DNA of 52,739 nucleotides from a virus (taxonomy: Duplodnaviria; Caudoviricetes): IMG/VR virus record IMGVR_UViG_3300032125_000006, positions 1 through 52,739 of that record. One strand, given 5' to 3'. The notes under the pieces were generated by a model, which did not search any database, was not told where the DNA came from, and saw only the letters and a list, made by a program, of their open reading frames with translations. This document shows, piece after piece, positions 9,040 through 19,162 of this stretch. Made by a program: the position numbers and the translations under genes. Each line of letters opens with the position of its first letter. Position 1 is the stretch's first letter.

Positions 9040-11304
9040 ATGGCGAGCTTGGGGCTGATGCAGTACCGCTCTGCGACGGACTTGCGGAAAGACGATGATG
9101 CGCAGCAGCTGCAGGATGAAGATGCTCGGCGCCGAGATCTAATTGAAAGCTCTCTGGGCGCTCACATACGGCGGTCTTGGGAAGAAGCCAAGATGGCCAA
9201 GCAAGAAGTTGAGTACCGCTTGCTGGACTGCCTGCGCCGTCGCACGGGGGAATACGACCCCTCCAAGCTGAGCGCCATCAAAGCAGAAGGCGGCAGCGCC
9301 ATTTTCATGATGCTGACCACCACCAAATGCCGAGCCGCGGCAGCCTGGGTGCGCGACATTCTGATGCCAGTGACCGAAAAGCCGTGGGGGCTCAACCCAA
9401 CCCCGCTGGCCGACCTGCCGCCCGAGTTTGTACAGCCGGTGTTTCAGCAGTTTATGCAGCACGCCATGCAGCAGGCGCAACAGTCTGGCGAGAAGCCTGA
9501 CCCACAGGAGTTGATGCAGGCCGCCGAGGATTACATCCGTCAGGCGGTGCAGGAAAAGGCCCGCGAGGCCGCCAAACGCCATGAGGAATTGATTGACGAC
9601 CAGATGGCTGAGGGCGAATGGGATGAGGCTTTTGAAGGCTTTATTGACGATTTCGTAACCTACCCTGCCGCGTTTATTCGCGGGCATAACCTGCGCCGTG
9701 TATCGACTCTGGCGTGGATGGAAGGCTGGAAAGCGGTCAAGACACAGGAAATTCGCCCTCAGTGGTATCGCGTCAGTCCGTTCGACATCTACCCAAGCCC
9801 GGACGCGGCCAATGTAGACGACGGCGCTTACATCATCGAGCGGGCAAGATTTACCCGAGCGCACCTGAACAAGTTGATCGGCGTACCGTCTTACAACACC
9901 GAAGCCATCCGTGAAGTCCTGAGCGAACACGGCCAAAGCGGTCTGCGTGACTGGCTGTGGTCCGACGGCGAGCGAGCCACCCTCGAAGGTCGCGGTCATG
10001 AATGGTTGACCCGCGGCCAGACCATCGACGCATTGATCTATTGCGGTGGCGCACAAGGCACCAGCTTGCTGCAGTGGGGCATCAATCCCGACGAAGTGGA
10101 AGATCCGCTGGCCGAATACGAAGTCGAAGCCACTCTGATTGGTCAACACGTCATTCGCGTGAAGTTCAATCGCGACCCGCTGGAGCGCCGGCCGTACCAC
10201 AAAGCCAGCTTTCAGCCGGTGCCAGGCTCGTTCTGGGGCGCCGGCATTCCTGAGCTGATGAGCGACATTCAGGACGTGTGCAACGCAACGGCCCGCAGCC
10301 TGGTGAACAACCTGGCCATTTCATCCGGCCCACAAGTGGAGGTTGTCTGGGAGCGACTGGACCCCACCGAAGACGCCGAGGATATGTACCCCTGGAAGAT
10401 ATGGCGCACCAAAGATTCCCATGTGGCCGGCAATAACCCGGCTGTGCGTTTCTTTCAGCCCAACAGCAACGCCGCCGAATTACTGGCCGTGTATGAAAAG
10501 TTTGAAATACGGGCCGACGACGCCACCAACATTCCCCGCTACACCTACGGCAATGAGCGCGTGGGCGGTGCAGGCAATACGGCCTCGGGCTTGTCCATGC
10601 TGATGGAATCGGCCAACAAAGGCATTAAAGACGCCATACGCCACATTGACCGCGGCGTGATCCGTCGTGTGATTGAAGCGCTGTGGTTGCACAACATGCA
10701 GTATTCCGAAGACAACAGCATCAAAGGCGACGTGAACGTGATCCCGCGCGGCTCATCGGCCATGCTGATCCGTGAGCAGACCCACCAGATGCGGTCCACC
10801 TTCCTGCAGATGACCAACAACCCGACCGATATGGGCATTATTGGCCAAGAAGGCCGGCGCAAGTTGCTGGAGTCCATCGCTGAAAAGCTGGATCTGGCGA
10901 GCATTATTCCGACCGAGGAAGAAATGGAGCAGAACAGCGCCGCACAGAATGAGGCCGGCCAGGTCATGCAGCAGCTGGAGCAAGCTATCAAGGAGGCGGA
11001 AGCGCAAGACAAAGCCGCCAAGGCTGAAAAGACCATGGCCGAAGTGGCGGAAACTCAGGCGGATACCGAGAGAACGCAAGCGCTGACCCCGCTGGACGCC
11101 CGCAAGTTGCTGGCTGAAATCTACAAAATGATGCAGGAGCCCACGAATGGACGAGCAGGATTGGAAAGCGCTGGCCCGAATCAGCAGCTCGCCGGACGGC
11201 AAGCGCCTACTGGCTATCCTCGCCCGGCAACGGGAGGACTGCAGGGACAAGTTGGAGCGCCTACCGGACGCCCAGCAAATTTCCCGATCCCAGGGGGCCG
11301 CTGA
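9040..11304 (+). CDS. Portal protein
   Basis: Large protein after TerL; VSPFDIYPSP and GSFWGAGIPELMSDIQDVCNATARSLVNN motifs; C-terminal coiled coil. Confidence 0.9.
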   Translation: MASLGLMQYRSATDLRKDDDAQQLQDEDARRRDLIESSLGAHIRRSWEEAKMAKQEVEYRLLDCLRRRTGEYDPSKLSAIKAEGGSAIFMMLTTTKCRAAAAWVRDILMPVTEKPWGLNPTPLADLPPEFVQPVFQQFMQHAMQQAQQSGEKPDPQELMQAAEDYIRQAVQEKAREAAKRHEELIDDQMAEGEWDEAFEGFIDDFVTYPAAFIRGHNLRRVSTLAWMEGWKAVKTQEIRPQWYRVSPFDIYPSPDAANVDDGAYIIERARFTRAHLNKLIGVPSYNTEAIREVLSEHGQSGLRDWLWSDGERATLEGRGHEWLTRGQTIDALIYCGGAQGTSLLQWGINPDEVEDPLAEYEVEATLIGQHVIRVKFNRDPLERRPYHKASFQPVPGSFWGAGIPELMSDIQDVCNATARSLVNNLAISSGPQVEVVWERLDPTEDAEDMYPWKIWRTKDSHVAGNNPAVRFFQPNSNAAELLAVYEKFEIRADDATNIPRYTYGNERVGGAGNTASGLSMLMESANKGIKDAIRHIDRGVIRRVIEALWLHNMQYSEDNSIKGDVNVIPRGSSAMLIREQTHQMRSTFLQMTNNPTDMGIIGQEGRRKLLESIAEKLDLASIIPTEEEMEQNSAAQNEAGQVMQQLEQAIKEAEAQDKAAKAEKTMAEVAETQADTERTQALTPLDARKLLAEIYKMMQEPTNGRAGLESAGPNQQLAGRQAPTGYPRPATGGLQGQVGAPTGRPANFPIPGGR

Positions 11305-11377
11305 AATCCTCAGAGATTTGATCCAGAGCCTGAACGAATCCCGCGATGTCGTGAATAAGCGCTTCACCCCGAACTAA
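11147..11377 (+). CDS. Small helical head-region protein overlapping the portal C-terminus
   Basis: AGGAG RBS upstream of ATG 11147; SPDGKRLLAIL...SQGAAEILRDL resembles post-portal proteins of podoviruses. Confidence 0.7.
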   Translation: MDEQDWKALARISSSPDGKRLLAILARQREDCRDKLERLPDAQQISRSQGAAEILRDLIQSLNESRDVVNKRFTPN

Positions 11378-11406
11378 ACCCCAGCCCGATCCGTCGGGCC
11401 TCACAC

Positions 11407-11441
11407 AAAAGCCGATTTCTGTCATGGGAGTCGGTTTTTTT
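11407..11441 (+). terminator. Intrinsic terminator-like hairpin
   Basis: GCCGATTTCT/GGGAGTCGGT stem flanked by A4 and a T-run. Confidence 0.65.
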
Positions 11442-11550
11442 GTGGGCGATCACTCAGTTGTTGAACTGCAGAAGCACCTGAATCCGTGACCCCTTGATCG
11501 TGAACCCCGGGTTAACCGGCTCACCGCGCATGAAGCGCACAGGAGTTGAA

Positions 11551-12477
11551 ATGTCAGCACTACCGAAGTCCATTCAGCAGCAAATCGAAGAAGCACAACG
11601 CCACTTCGAACCCGTCAAGAACCCCGAGGTAACCACCCCGACTCCTGACGAGCCTGTTGCACCGGACACTGCCACGCAATCCGCCGACCCCGAGCCGAAC
11701 GCCGACGACGAAAAGCACTCCCAAGATGAGCCAAAGCGCTCGGAAGGTTACTGGGAACACCGCTTTAACGTCATCAATGGCAAGTTCGTCGCCGAGGTGT
11801 CCGCGCTGCGTGATGAGGTTAAAGGCCTGAAATCGACGCTTGAGCAGAAAGACCGCCAATTAACGGAGTCGCAACACACTCCCGCCCCATCGGGCAACCC
11901 TGGCGGCCTGACGAATGAGCAGATTCAGGCGGGCAAAGATGAGTTTGGTGACGACTTTGTATCGTTCGTGCAAAAGATGATCGACAGCAAAGCCCCGCCC
12001 GATAACTCAAAAGTGCAGGAACTGGAAGGCAAGGTTCGCCAGTTTGAGGAACGCGAACAGCAAAAGAGTCAGGCGTCATTCTGGACGGTCCTGCCCGAGC
12101 TGGTTCCCAACTGGAAGGACATCAACGCCGACCCGAAGTTTCACGCCTTTCTAGCCCAATACGACCCGCAGACCGGAACCCAGCGCCAGAACGATTTGGT
12201 GGCTGCGCAACAGGCACTGGATGCCGACAAGGTAGGCGCCATCTTCAACGCCTTTAAAAACAACCAGCCAGCCCCTCAACGCAAAATCCCCGACGATCAG
12301 ATAGATCCGCAGTCCAGTCGCTCCAACGGTCAAGCCCCGCAAGGCGGCACGATCTGGACGGGCGCCGAGATCAAGCGGTTCTATCAGGAGAAGTCGCTGG
12401 GTAAATACAGCGCAGACGAGGGGCAGAGGCTGGAAGCCGATATATTCCAAGCCCAAAAAGAAGGCCGCACCCGCTAA
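11551..12477 (+). CDS. Capsid scaffolding protein
   Basis: Acidic, Pro-rich, coiled-coil protein immediately upstream of the capsid gene; AGGAG RBS. Confidence 0.75.
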   Translation: MSALPKSIQQQIEEAQRHFEPVKNPEVTTPTPDEPVAPDTATQSADPEPNADDEKHSQDEPKRSEGYWEHRFNVINGKFVAEVSALRDEVKGLKSTLEQKDRQLTESQHTPAPSGNPGGLTNEQIQAGKDEFGDDFVSFVQKMIDSKAPPDNSKVQELEGKVRQFEEREQQKSQASFWTVLPELVPNWKDINADPKFHAFLAQYDPQTGTQRQNDLVAAQQALDADKVGAIFNAFKNNQPAPQRKIPDDQIDPQSSRSNGQAPQGGTIWTGAEIKRFYQEKSLGKYSADEGQRLEADIFQAQKEGRTR

Positions 12478-12515
12478 GGGCCGGCCAGGGCATTCATGAT
12501 TGAGAGGTTATTATC

Positions 12516-13457
12516 ATGGCAGGTCCAACTCGTGACGCAGGTCATCCCAACTATTCCAGCACCAGTGCTAGCGGGTTTATCCCGTCAATCTGGTCGGGAA
12601 AGTTGGTAGAGAAATTGTATCAATCTACGTGCTACGCGGAGATTTCAAACACCATCTACGAAGGTGAAATAAAAAGCCGTGGAGACTCGGTTCAAATCCG
12701 GACCACGCCGAGCATGATTATCCGCGACTACGAGGTTGGCGGCGGGTTGACCTACGAAAAGCCCACCAGCGACAAGGTAGAGTTGCAGATTGACCAGGCG
12801 AAGTATTTTGCCTTTGAAGTGAATGATGTAGACGAATACCAGGCTGACATTGGGCTGATGAATAACTGGTCTGACGATGGCGGCGAGCAGATGAAGATCG
12901 TCATTGATGAAAACATCAACGCCTACGCCTACACCGAGGCTGCCGCAGCGAACGCGGGCGCTGCGGCTGGCGCTAAGTCCGGCGCTCTGAATCTTGGCGC
13001 GGCGGGGGCACCGGTGGTCATCACCAAGGCAAACATCCTCGATGTTCTGGTGGATTGCGGCACTGTGATGGATGAGCAAAACGTACCAGGTACCGGGCGC
13101 TATGTGATTTTGCCGGCCTGGATGAACGGGATGCTGAAGAAGTCCGATCTTCGTGACGCAAGCATAACGGGCGATGCGGAGTCTGTTTTCCGTAATGGCA
13201 AGGTTGGGATGCTGGACCGCTTCATGGTTTACACCAGCAACGGCCTATCCACCGTCACCGACGCCACCACCACCAATCAGGCAACCAACGTGATCTTTGG
13301 CCATAAGAAGGCGCTGACCTTTGCTAGCCAGATGACCAACATGGAAACCCTGCCCAACCCGAACGACTTCGGTAAGCTGATTCGTGGACTGAATGTCTTT
13401 GGCCGAAAAGTCATTGATCCAAACGCCATCGGTCACCTGTACGCCGAACACGGCTAA
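12516..13457 (+). CDS. Major capsid protein
   Basis: FIPSIWSGKL..ISNTIYEGEIK..GDSVQI..LQIDQAKYFAF..GLNVFGRKV, a P22-coat-like HK97-fold pattern. Confidence 0.92.
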   Translation: MAGPTRDAGHPNYSSTSASGFIPSIWSGKLVEKLYQSTCYAEISNTIYEGEIKSRGDSVQIRTTPSMIIRDYEVGGGLTYEKPTSDKVELQIDQAKYFAFEVNDVDEYQADIGLMNNWSDDGGEQMKIVIDENINAYAYTEAAAANAGAAAGAKSGALNLGAAGAPVVITKANILDVLVDCGTVMDEQNVPGTGRYVILPAWMNGMLKKSDLRDASITGDAESVFRNGKVGMLDRFMVYTSNGLSTVTDATTTNQATNVIFGHKKALTFASQMTNMETLPNPNDFGKLIRGLNVFGRKVIDPNAIGHLYAEHG

Positions 13458-13469
13458 ACCCACTCAGCG

Positions 13470-13489
13470 GGCCATCCTTCGGGGTGGCC
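13470..13489 (+). terminator. Post-capsid hairpin with UUCG tetraloop
   Basis: GGCCATCC-TTCG-GGGTGGCC with a weak U-tract. Confidence 0.6.
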
Positions 13490-13511
13490 TTGCTGTTTCA
13501 GGAGTATTTCC

Positions 13512-13805
13512 ATGGACCTGATTCGCGCCCTGGAAGGGGCTAAAACCAAAGACGAACTCGAAGATCTTGGTATTGAGTATCTGAGTGTCGATGTGGACAA
13601 GCGCAAGACCAAAGAAGTGATCCGCGCCGAACTTCTGGCCGAGGCGGAAAAGCTGCAGCCCGAAGCGCCACGAACGGCGGCAGAGAAGCCTGTGGTTACG
13701 TCAAAGTCAAACACGGGCGCTCGTATGGCTCGCAACGTAAATACAGGCCGAGTGATGCCGTGGACAGCTGCAATGGCCAAGTTCTCGCACATGGAGGAAG
13801 TCTGA
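13512..13805 (+). CDS. Hypothetical head-region protein
   Basis: AGGAG RBS; in operon. Confidence 0.65.
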   Translation: MDLIRALEGAKTKDELEDLGIEYLSVDVDKRKTKEVIRAELLAEAEKLQPEAPRTAAEKPVVTSKSNTGARMARNVNTGRVMPWTAAMAKFSHMEEV

Positions 13806-13808
13806 GCC

Positions 13809-14483
13809 ATGGCCGTCATCGTTTCCGAGATTGTCGATAACGCCAAGCTGATCCTGCAGGAAGTGACCGCAGACGGCACCCGCTGGAAAAACGCCGAAAT
13901 AATGGGCTGGCTGAACGAGTTTTATCGGGCAACGGTGCAATTGCGCCCCGACGCTTTTTCTGTGAATGAAAGCATGGCCTTGATTACCGGCACCAAACAG
14001 ACAATCCCCGTCAGTGGCTTGCGCTTGCTGGACGTGATTCGTAACGGCACCGGTATGGCCGTCATGGTCACAACCCGGCGCGCCTTGGATTCAGCCCGAC
14101 GCGGCTGGCATTCCGACACACCCAGCGTCGAAGTGGAGCAGTTCACGTTTGACGAGCTTGATCCGACGCACTTTTACGTGTACCCACCGGCCTTGTCCGG
14201 GGCCGAGATCGACATTTTGTACTCTGCCACGCCCGATTCGCACGACACCAATACCGGCCTGACCGACAATTTCAGGCTCAGTGACGCCTACGCTCCCGTA
14301 GCTGCCGACTATTTGCTGTATCGCGCCTTCAGCAAGGACGCCGAAACACCGGCCAACCTGCAGCGTGCGCAGATGCACTATCAGAACTACATGCAGCAAA
14401 TGGGCAACAAGGCGCAGGCCGACTCTAGGGCGTCCCCTAACGCTGTTGATGCGTCCGCTAATCCGCAGAGGGCCAGAGCATGA
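13809..14483 (+). CDS. Head-tail adaptor protein
   Basis: RWKNAEIMGWLNE, FYVYPP and DYLLYRAFSKDAE motifs; position after the capsid gene. Confidence 0.75.
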   Translation: MAVIVSEIVDNAKLILQEVTADGTRWKNAEIMGWLNEFYRATVQLRPDAFSVNESMALITGTKQTIPVSGLRLLDVIRNGTGMAVMVTTRRALDSARRGWHSDTPSVEVEQFTFDELDPTHFYVYPPALSGAEIDILYSATPDSHDTNTGLTDNFRLSDAYAPVAADYLLYRAFSKDAETPANLQRAQMHYQNYMQQMGNKAQADSRASPNAVDASANPQRARA

Positions 14484-15037
14484 CACTGAATGAGATTGTC
14501 AGCCAGGTAACGGTCGACGTGCCTGAAGCCCCCTTAATGACCGTGCGCGAGCAGATCAAGCGCATGGCCCGCGAGCTGTGCCAGGACTCCGAAGCCTGGG
14601 CGGTGGAGGGCCTTGTGGTGGTGGCGGCAAAATCCGGCTACCCACAATTACTCGCCCCTGAGGGCGGCGAAGTGCTGCGCATTCTGGAGTTGTACGACGG
14701 CGACCGCCTGATGCGGCCGGGGCAAGATTTTGAGCAGCGCCGACCGGACTCGATTGAAATTCTCCGCAAGCCACAAAGCGACACCCTGACCGGGCGACTG
14801 GCCTGCCGTCCCGAAGCGGGCGCCGATCTTCCCGATACGCTCCTGAAAGACTGGGGCGATACATTGGCCAATGGCGCCCGCTGGCGACTCCTGCTGATGC
14901 CGCAGCCGTGGCAAAACCCTGAGCTGGGAAGCTACTACCAAGCACAGTATCGAATCGGCTCCACCGACGCTAAACGTCTGGCCATCCTTGGCCATGCTCG
15001 CGGCGGCAATCGCGTGAAAGCCCGCCGCTTTATCTGA
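14480..15037 (+). CDS. Second adaptor/tail tubular-type protein
   Basis: ARELCQ and GARWRLLLMP.PW.NP motifs; ATGA coupling. Confidence 0.65.
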   Translation: MTLNEIVSQVTVDVPEAPLMTVREQIKRMARELCQDSEAWAVEGLVVVAAKSGYPQLLAPEGGEVLRILELYDGDRLMRPGQDFEQRRPDSIEILRKPQSDTLTGRLACRPEAGADLPDTLLKDWGDTLANGARWRLLLMPQPWQNPELGSYYQAQYRIGSTDAKRLAILGHARGGNRVKARRFI

Positions 15038-15048
15038 CGGAAGCCCCT

Positions 15049-16665
15049 ATGAAAATTCAACACGCAGCGTTCCGGGGCGAACTGCCTATCCTGGACCCCC
15101 GGCTATTGCCCGAAAACAATGCACAGATTGCCCGGAATCTGAATCTGAAACGCGGCACGCTCAAGCCGTACAAAGGCGTCACCGCTGCCTCAAGTCTGCC
15201 GGCTACCATCAATCCGGCGAATCTCTGGCGGTACGATGAGGGCAACAATGGCGCCGGCTTCTGGTTTTCATGGGGTGATGCGTATGACATTGACGTGGTG
15301 CGTTCCCCGATTGCTGACGACGCCTATGCCCGCGTGTACTGGACCGGTCAGGATGGCCCCAAAATGGGCTCCATTGCGCAGTTGACTGCAGGCGTTGGCC
15401 CATACCCTTCCGCCTGGTTTCAACTGGGCGTGCCTGCTCCAGCATCCGCTCCTTCCGTTGCTGCCCCGGCCTCCCGAACGGATGTTCCCGATACCGCGAT
15501 TGAAACAGCGTATGTGGTGACACTGGTTACCGAGTTTGGTGAAGAGGGCCCTCCATCAGATCCTTCCGGCTTTGCGTTGCGATGGGATGACGTAACCACC
15601 AATCCCGACTTTGGTGAAATCGAAGTCACCCTGCCCGCTATACCCACGGCCAACCTGAACATTACCAAGAAGCGCCTGTACCGCGTAGAAAGCGGCGGAA
15701 CCTATCAGTTGGTAACCGAATTAGCTGCAGCAACCGGCACCTATACCGATAACGTCCTGTCTGAACAGCTTGGCATTTCCTTGCAGTCCCTTGAGTGGGA
15801 CGGCCCAGATGCGACCATGCGCGGCCTAACCACGCTGCCTGGTGGCTTTCTTGTAGGATTCTTCGGCAATACGCTGGCGTTCTGTGAGCCGTACCTTCCG
15901 CACGCCTGGCCGGTCTCTTACCAGCTAGCGTTTCCAGATCCGATAGTAGCCATTGCTGTTATAAGCGGAGGACTGGTTGTGACCACCACCGAACAGCCCT
16001 GGCTGGTCACCGGCTCCAGTCCCGAAGCCATGGCGCAGATGCAGATGGACGTTAACCAACCGTGTCTTGTTAAGCGCTCTATGGTCGATATGGGCGGTTA
16101 CGCAGTGTATGCAGGCTACGACGGTCTGGTGGCCGTGGGTGGCAGCGAGGCCCGCGTCATAACCGCGGATGTCATGACCCGCGAACAATGGCAGGCTCTG
16201 AACCCGGCAACCATTCACGCCTACCGTTATGACGGCGCGTATCTTGGTTTCACCGATACCGGCTCGTTCCTGTTTACGCCGGGCGTTGGTTTTGAGTTCT
16301 TCGACACTCAGGCCGACGCCGGCTATTACGACGTGGCCGAGGATCTGCTGTATCTGGTGCAGGGCATCGACATTGTGACCTGGAGCACCGGGCCCGCACA
16401 GACCTATACCTGGCGCTCCCGCATCCATGAAATCCCCCCAGGCGCCGCTGGGTTCAGTTGCGCCAAGCTCATTGCCTACGGTTACCCGGTGCAACTGAAG
16501 ATCTACGCGGACGGCGTGACCATGCTCGACAAGGCGGTTCAGTCCACCAACCTGTTCCGCCTGCCTGCTGGCTTCACCCTGTCCCGCGACTGGGAAGTGG
16601 AGATCCAAGGCACCAGTGAAGTCGCCTCTATTCAGCTCGCCACGTCGCCCGGAGAACTTGTTTAA
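15049..16665 (+). CDS. Tail nozzle/stabilisation protein
   Basis: FRGELP..DPRLLP..AQIARN start, YVVTLVTEFGEEGPPS, FCEPYLPHAWP; beta-rich. Confidence 0.7.
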   Translation: MKIQHAAFRGELPILDPRLLPENNAQIARNLNLKRGTLKPYKGVTAASSLPATINPANLWRYDEGNNGAGFWFSWGDAYDIDVVRSPIADDAYARVYWTGQDGPKMGSIAQLTAGVGPYPSAWFQLGVPAPASAPSVAAPASRTDVPDTAIETAYVVTLVTEFGEEGPPSDPSGFALRWDDVTTNPDFGEIEVTLPAIPTANLNITKKRLYRVESGGTYQLVTELAAATGTYTDNVLSEQLGISLQSLEWDGPDATMRGLTTLPGGFLVGFFGNTLAFCEPYLPHAWPVSYQLAFPDPIVAIAVISGGLVVTTTEQPWLVTGSSPEAMAQMQMDVNQPCLVKRSMVDMGGYAVYAGYDGLVAVGGSEARVITADVMTREQWQALNPATIHAYRYDGAYLGFTDTGSFLFTPGVGFEFFDTQADAGYYDVAEDLLYLVQGIDIVTWSTGPAQTYTWRSRIHEIPPGAAGFSCAKLIAYGYPVQLKIYADGVTMLDKAVQSTNLFRLPAGFTLSRDWEVEIQGTSEVASIQLATSPGELV

Positions 16666-18296
16666 TGGCCAATCGCCGTCGCTCCCTGCCGCCCGTATCG
16701 CCCAAGATTGCGGCCGAACTGCGCCCGCTGGTGGCTGCTATTTCGGAAATCATCGAAACCGGTGAGGGTGTGCGCGGGGACCCGATGGATCGCAAGATTA
16801 CGCTGCGCGATTTAGTGGATGGTGGTGTTATCACGATCAGCGGAAACTTGAGGGGTGGCGGCGGCACCATTGCACCACAACCAACCCCGCCGAATCGGTC
16901 AACCCCACCACCTCCGTCCAATTTCAACGCCTATGGTGGTTTCGACGGTCGCATTGATTTGACCTGGACCATTCCCAGCTCGCTCTACAGCAATCACGCC
17001 TACACCAATATCTACCGGGCTGAGACCGACAATTTTGCCAACGCTATCCTGGTTGGCAGGGAAGCCGGTGCGTTCTACACCGACATTGTGCGCGACGATG
17101 TAACCCCGACGCTCTACTATTACTGGATCACCTTCACCTCGAAAGGCAACATTGAAGGCCCGACCAACGGCACCGCCGGCACCCCGGCACAGGCCCTAAT
17201 CGACGTGGAATATCTGCTCGAAACCCTGAGCAACAATCTGGACGATGCGCCCACCACACAAGGGGCCGCGAACGAAACACTGATCCTACACGCCGAACGC
17301 TTCGCCATTCGCACCGGGGAGGCCGGCGCCTTCACCTACCCGCTTATCATCGCGGACATTGTGGGCGTGCCGACCGTGGTGCTGGACACCGCCATCATCC
17401 GCGACGGCACCATTCAGTCGGGCCAGATTGGCGCCCTGACCTTTGGCAAGCTGGTGGCGGCGGACGGCTTTACCCCCATTACCACGGTGTCTGGGCTGCT
17501 CAAGGCCGACTACATCGATGCGGATAACCTGAGCGTGGCCAGCGCGGCGACGTTCTACGGCAACGTGCAGTCGGGCAATTTCACGGTCGGCTCGGCGGGC
17601 TGGCGCATCCTGCAGGCCGGTGGCGTCGAGTTTAACAGCGCCACTGTGCGCGGACACATTGAGGCGGATTCCGGCTACATTGCGTCCACCTTGCAGATTG
17701 GCGGCACACCGGACAGCCTGGCAACTGTGCGAAACAATGCTTCGTCGGCTGTCTCCACCGCCAATACTGCCAATTCCACCGCCAACGCCGCCAAGGCCAA
17801 GACCGACGACTGGACCCGACCGGGCCAGACCCTCATCGACGGCAACAAGATATTCGCGGGTGATGCGTATGTGGATACGCTGCAGATACAAGGAAATGCG
17901 ATAACGGTGCCCGCCTCTGGGGTGAGGGCTTCGTTGCTTTATTTGGACTCAAGCTACGCGACAGTCTGCTCTACTTCTTATGCCCACGGGCTCGAAAATG
18001 CAGTGCCTGGCATTATCATGGTTACTATTGAGGCGTCTTCGGACACTTCCAATGGAGAGGGTGGAACGATTATAGAAAACGAGGCCACCATGACGTTTCA
18101 AGTTATTGTAAATGGCGCTATTGCGGGGTCGTATTCGCAATTTCTAAAGGGTCGGACTGGCATTTCTTGCACGCGATTTCTGGAGTACAGCCTTCCGGTC
18201 GGGGCTTATACGATTTATGTGCGGGCTCTCAGGTCTGGTAACGGGGGCTGCAGGGTGTACACCGCTTCGTTTGTTGTTTTGGGGGCCAAGCGATGA
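16665..18296 (+). CDS. Tail fibre/host-specificity protein
   Basis: GDPMDRKITLRDL anchor, Fn3-like domain, J-like beta repeats (GWRILQAGGVEFNSATVRG), short coiled coil, variable C-terminal beta domain. Confidence 0.75.
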   Translation: MANRRRSLPPVSPKIAAELRPLVAAISEIIETGEGVRGDPMDRKITLRDLVDGGVITISGNLRGGGGTIAPQPTPPNRSTPPPPSNFNAYGGFDGRIDLTWTIPSSLYSNHAYTNIYRAETDNFANAILVGREAGAFYTDIVRDDVTPTLYYYWITFTSKGNIEGPTNGTAGTPAQALIDVEYLLETLSNNLDDAPTTQGAANETLILHAERFAIRTGEAGAFTYPLIIADIVGVPTVVLDTAIIRDGTIQSGQIGALTFGKLVAADGFTPITTVSGLLKADYIDADNLSVASAATFYGNVQSGNFTVGSAGWRILQAGGVEFNSATVRGHIEADSGYIASTLQIGGTPDSLATVRNNASSAVSTANTANSTANAAKAKTDDWTRPGQTLIDGNKIFAGDAYVDTLQIQGNAITVPASGVRASLLYLDSSYATVCSTSYAHGLENAVPGIIMVTIEASSDTSNGEGGTIIENEATMTFQVIVNGAIAGSYSQFLKGRTGISCTRFLEYSLPVGAYTIYVRALRSGNGGCRVYTASFVVLGAKR

Positions 18297-18700
18297 GCAA
18301 AACTTTTGCCGCGTACAGTGTGGGTGGAGCCATTCAGTACACAATGCGGTGCGCCAGCGTTCACACCTCTCTTGAGGCCGAAATCGGCCTCTCAGTTATC
18401 GAGGTGAGCGACAATGTAACAGACTCCAGGTTTTACATAGCTAACGGTGGCGCTGCCGAAAAGCAGCTATTTGCACTCACCATCAACAAACTCCAGATCA
18501 CCGCCGATGGCACCGACGAGTGCGTTATTACCAACATCCCTACCGGCACCACTATCGAATGGCCTGACGGTCAGATCGGCGAAGTGACCGATGGCGAAGT
18601 GCGCTTTGCCGTGGATCTGCCCGGCACCTACACCCTGAAATTCACCGCCGTGGCGTATTTGGATAAGGAGGTCACCATTGAGGCGCTCCCTGCAGCTTAA
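18293..18700 (+). CDS. Tail fibre-associated protein
   Basis: ITADGTDECVITNIP...PGTYTL; coupled to the fibre gene. Confidence 0.6.
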   Translation: MSKTFAAYSVGGAIQYTMRCASVHTSLEAEIGLSVIEVSDNVTDSRFYIANGGAAEKQLFALTINKLQITADGTDECVITNIPTGTTIEWPDGQIGEVTDGEVRFAVDLPGTYTLKFTAVAYLDKEVTIEALPAA

Positions 18701-19067
18701 CCCGGACAATAGGCCTGCGGTCTGGGCGCAGATTAGAGAATGGCGCGAGGCGCACAAGCGCGCCCCAGTGGCCACCAGTTTCGGTGTGTTCGATGCGGAC
18801 AACGAATCCGACAACAACTTTACGGAAATGATTAAATTCTTTGACGGACTTCCGACATTGAATGCCGGCAAGCTAACCTGGAAGTTGGCCGACAACAGTT
18901 ATGTGGCTATCACCAAGGCCGAGCTGATACAGATCCATATTGAGATAGGAGAGGCCCGGGCCGCTCGCGGTGCGCTGCTGCACGTCAAGGCTGAACAGCT
19001 TAACCAAATGACACCCCTCCCAACCCCGGCGCAGCTTTCCAGCCTGGACTTCTGGCTGGCACAATAA
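18678..19067 (+). CDS. DUF4376-like tail fibre assembly protein
   Basis: WAQIREWR, FDADNES and TWKLADNSYVAIT motifs; AAGGAGG RBS before a TTG start. Confidence 0.65.
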   Translation: MRRSLQLNPDNRPAVWAQIREWREAHKRAPVATSFGVFDADNESDNNFTEMIKFFDGLPTLNAGKLTWKLADNSYVAITKAELIQIHIEIGEARAARGALLHVKAEQLNQMTPLPTPAQLSSLDFWLAQ

Positions 19068-19099
19068 CCTTTCTCTAAAACCCGAATCTACGACCGCAA

Positions 19100-19131
19100 C
19101 TGTCTAAATAAACAGCATTGCGTGGTAGACT
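19100..19131 (+). promoter_or_regulatory. LexA (SOS) box next to an extended -10 promoter
   Basis: CTGT-CTAAATAA-ACAG at 19100..19115; TG-G-TAGACT at 19123..19131; intergenic. Confidence 0.7.
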
Positions 19132-19162
19132 ATTGCTCATAATCTGCACATGGGGCCATAAC

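Noticed and set aside
9139-10200. Long antisense ORFs (353 aa here; also 22689-23561, 15925-16608, 43269-43778)
   Set aside because: Shadow frames opposite well-supported genes or the structured RNA region, with no recognisable motifs.
16665-19067. Diversity-generating retroelement or invertible tail-fibre cassette
   Set aside because: No reverse transcriptase or invertase, and no template/variable repeat pair or inverted repeats were seen.
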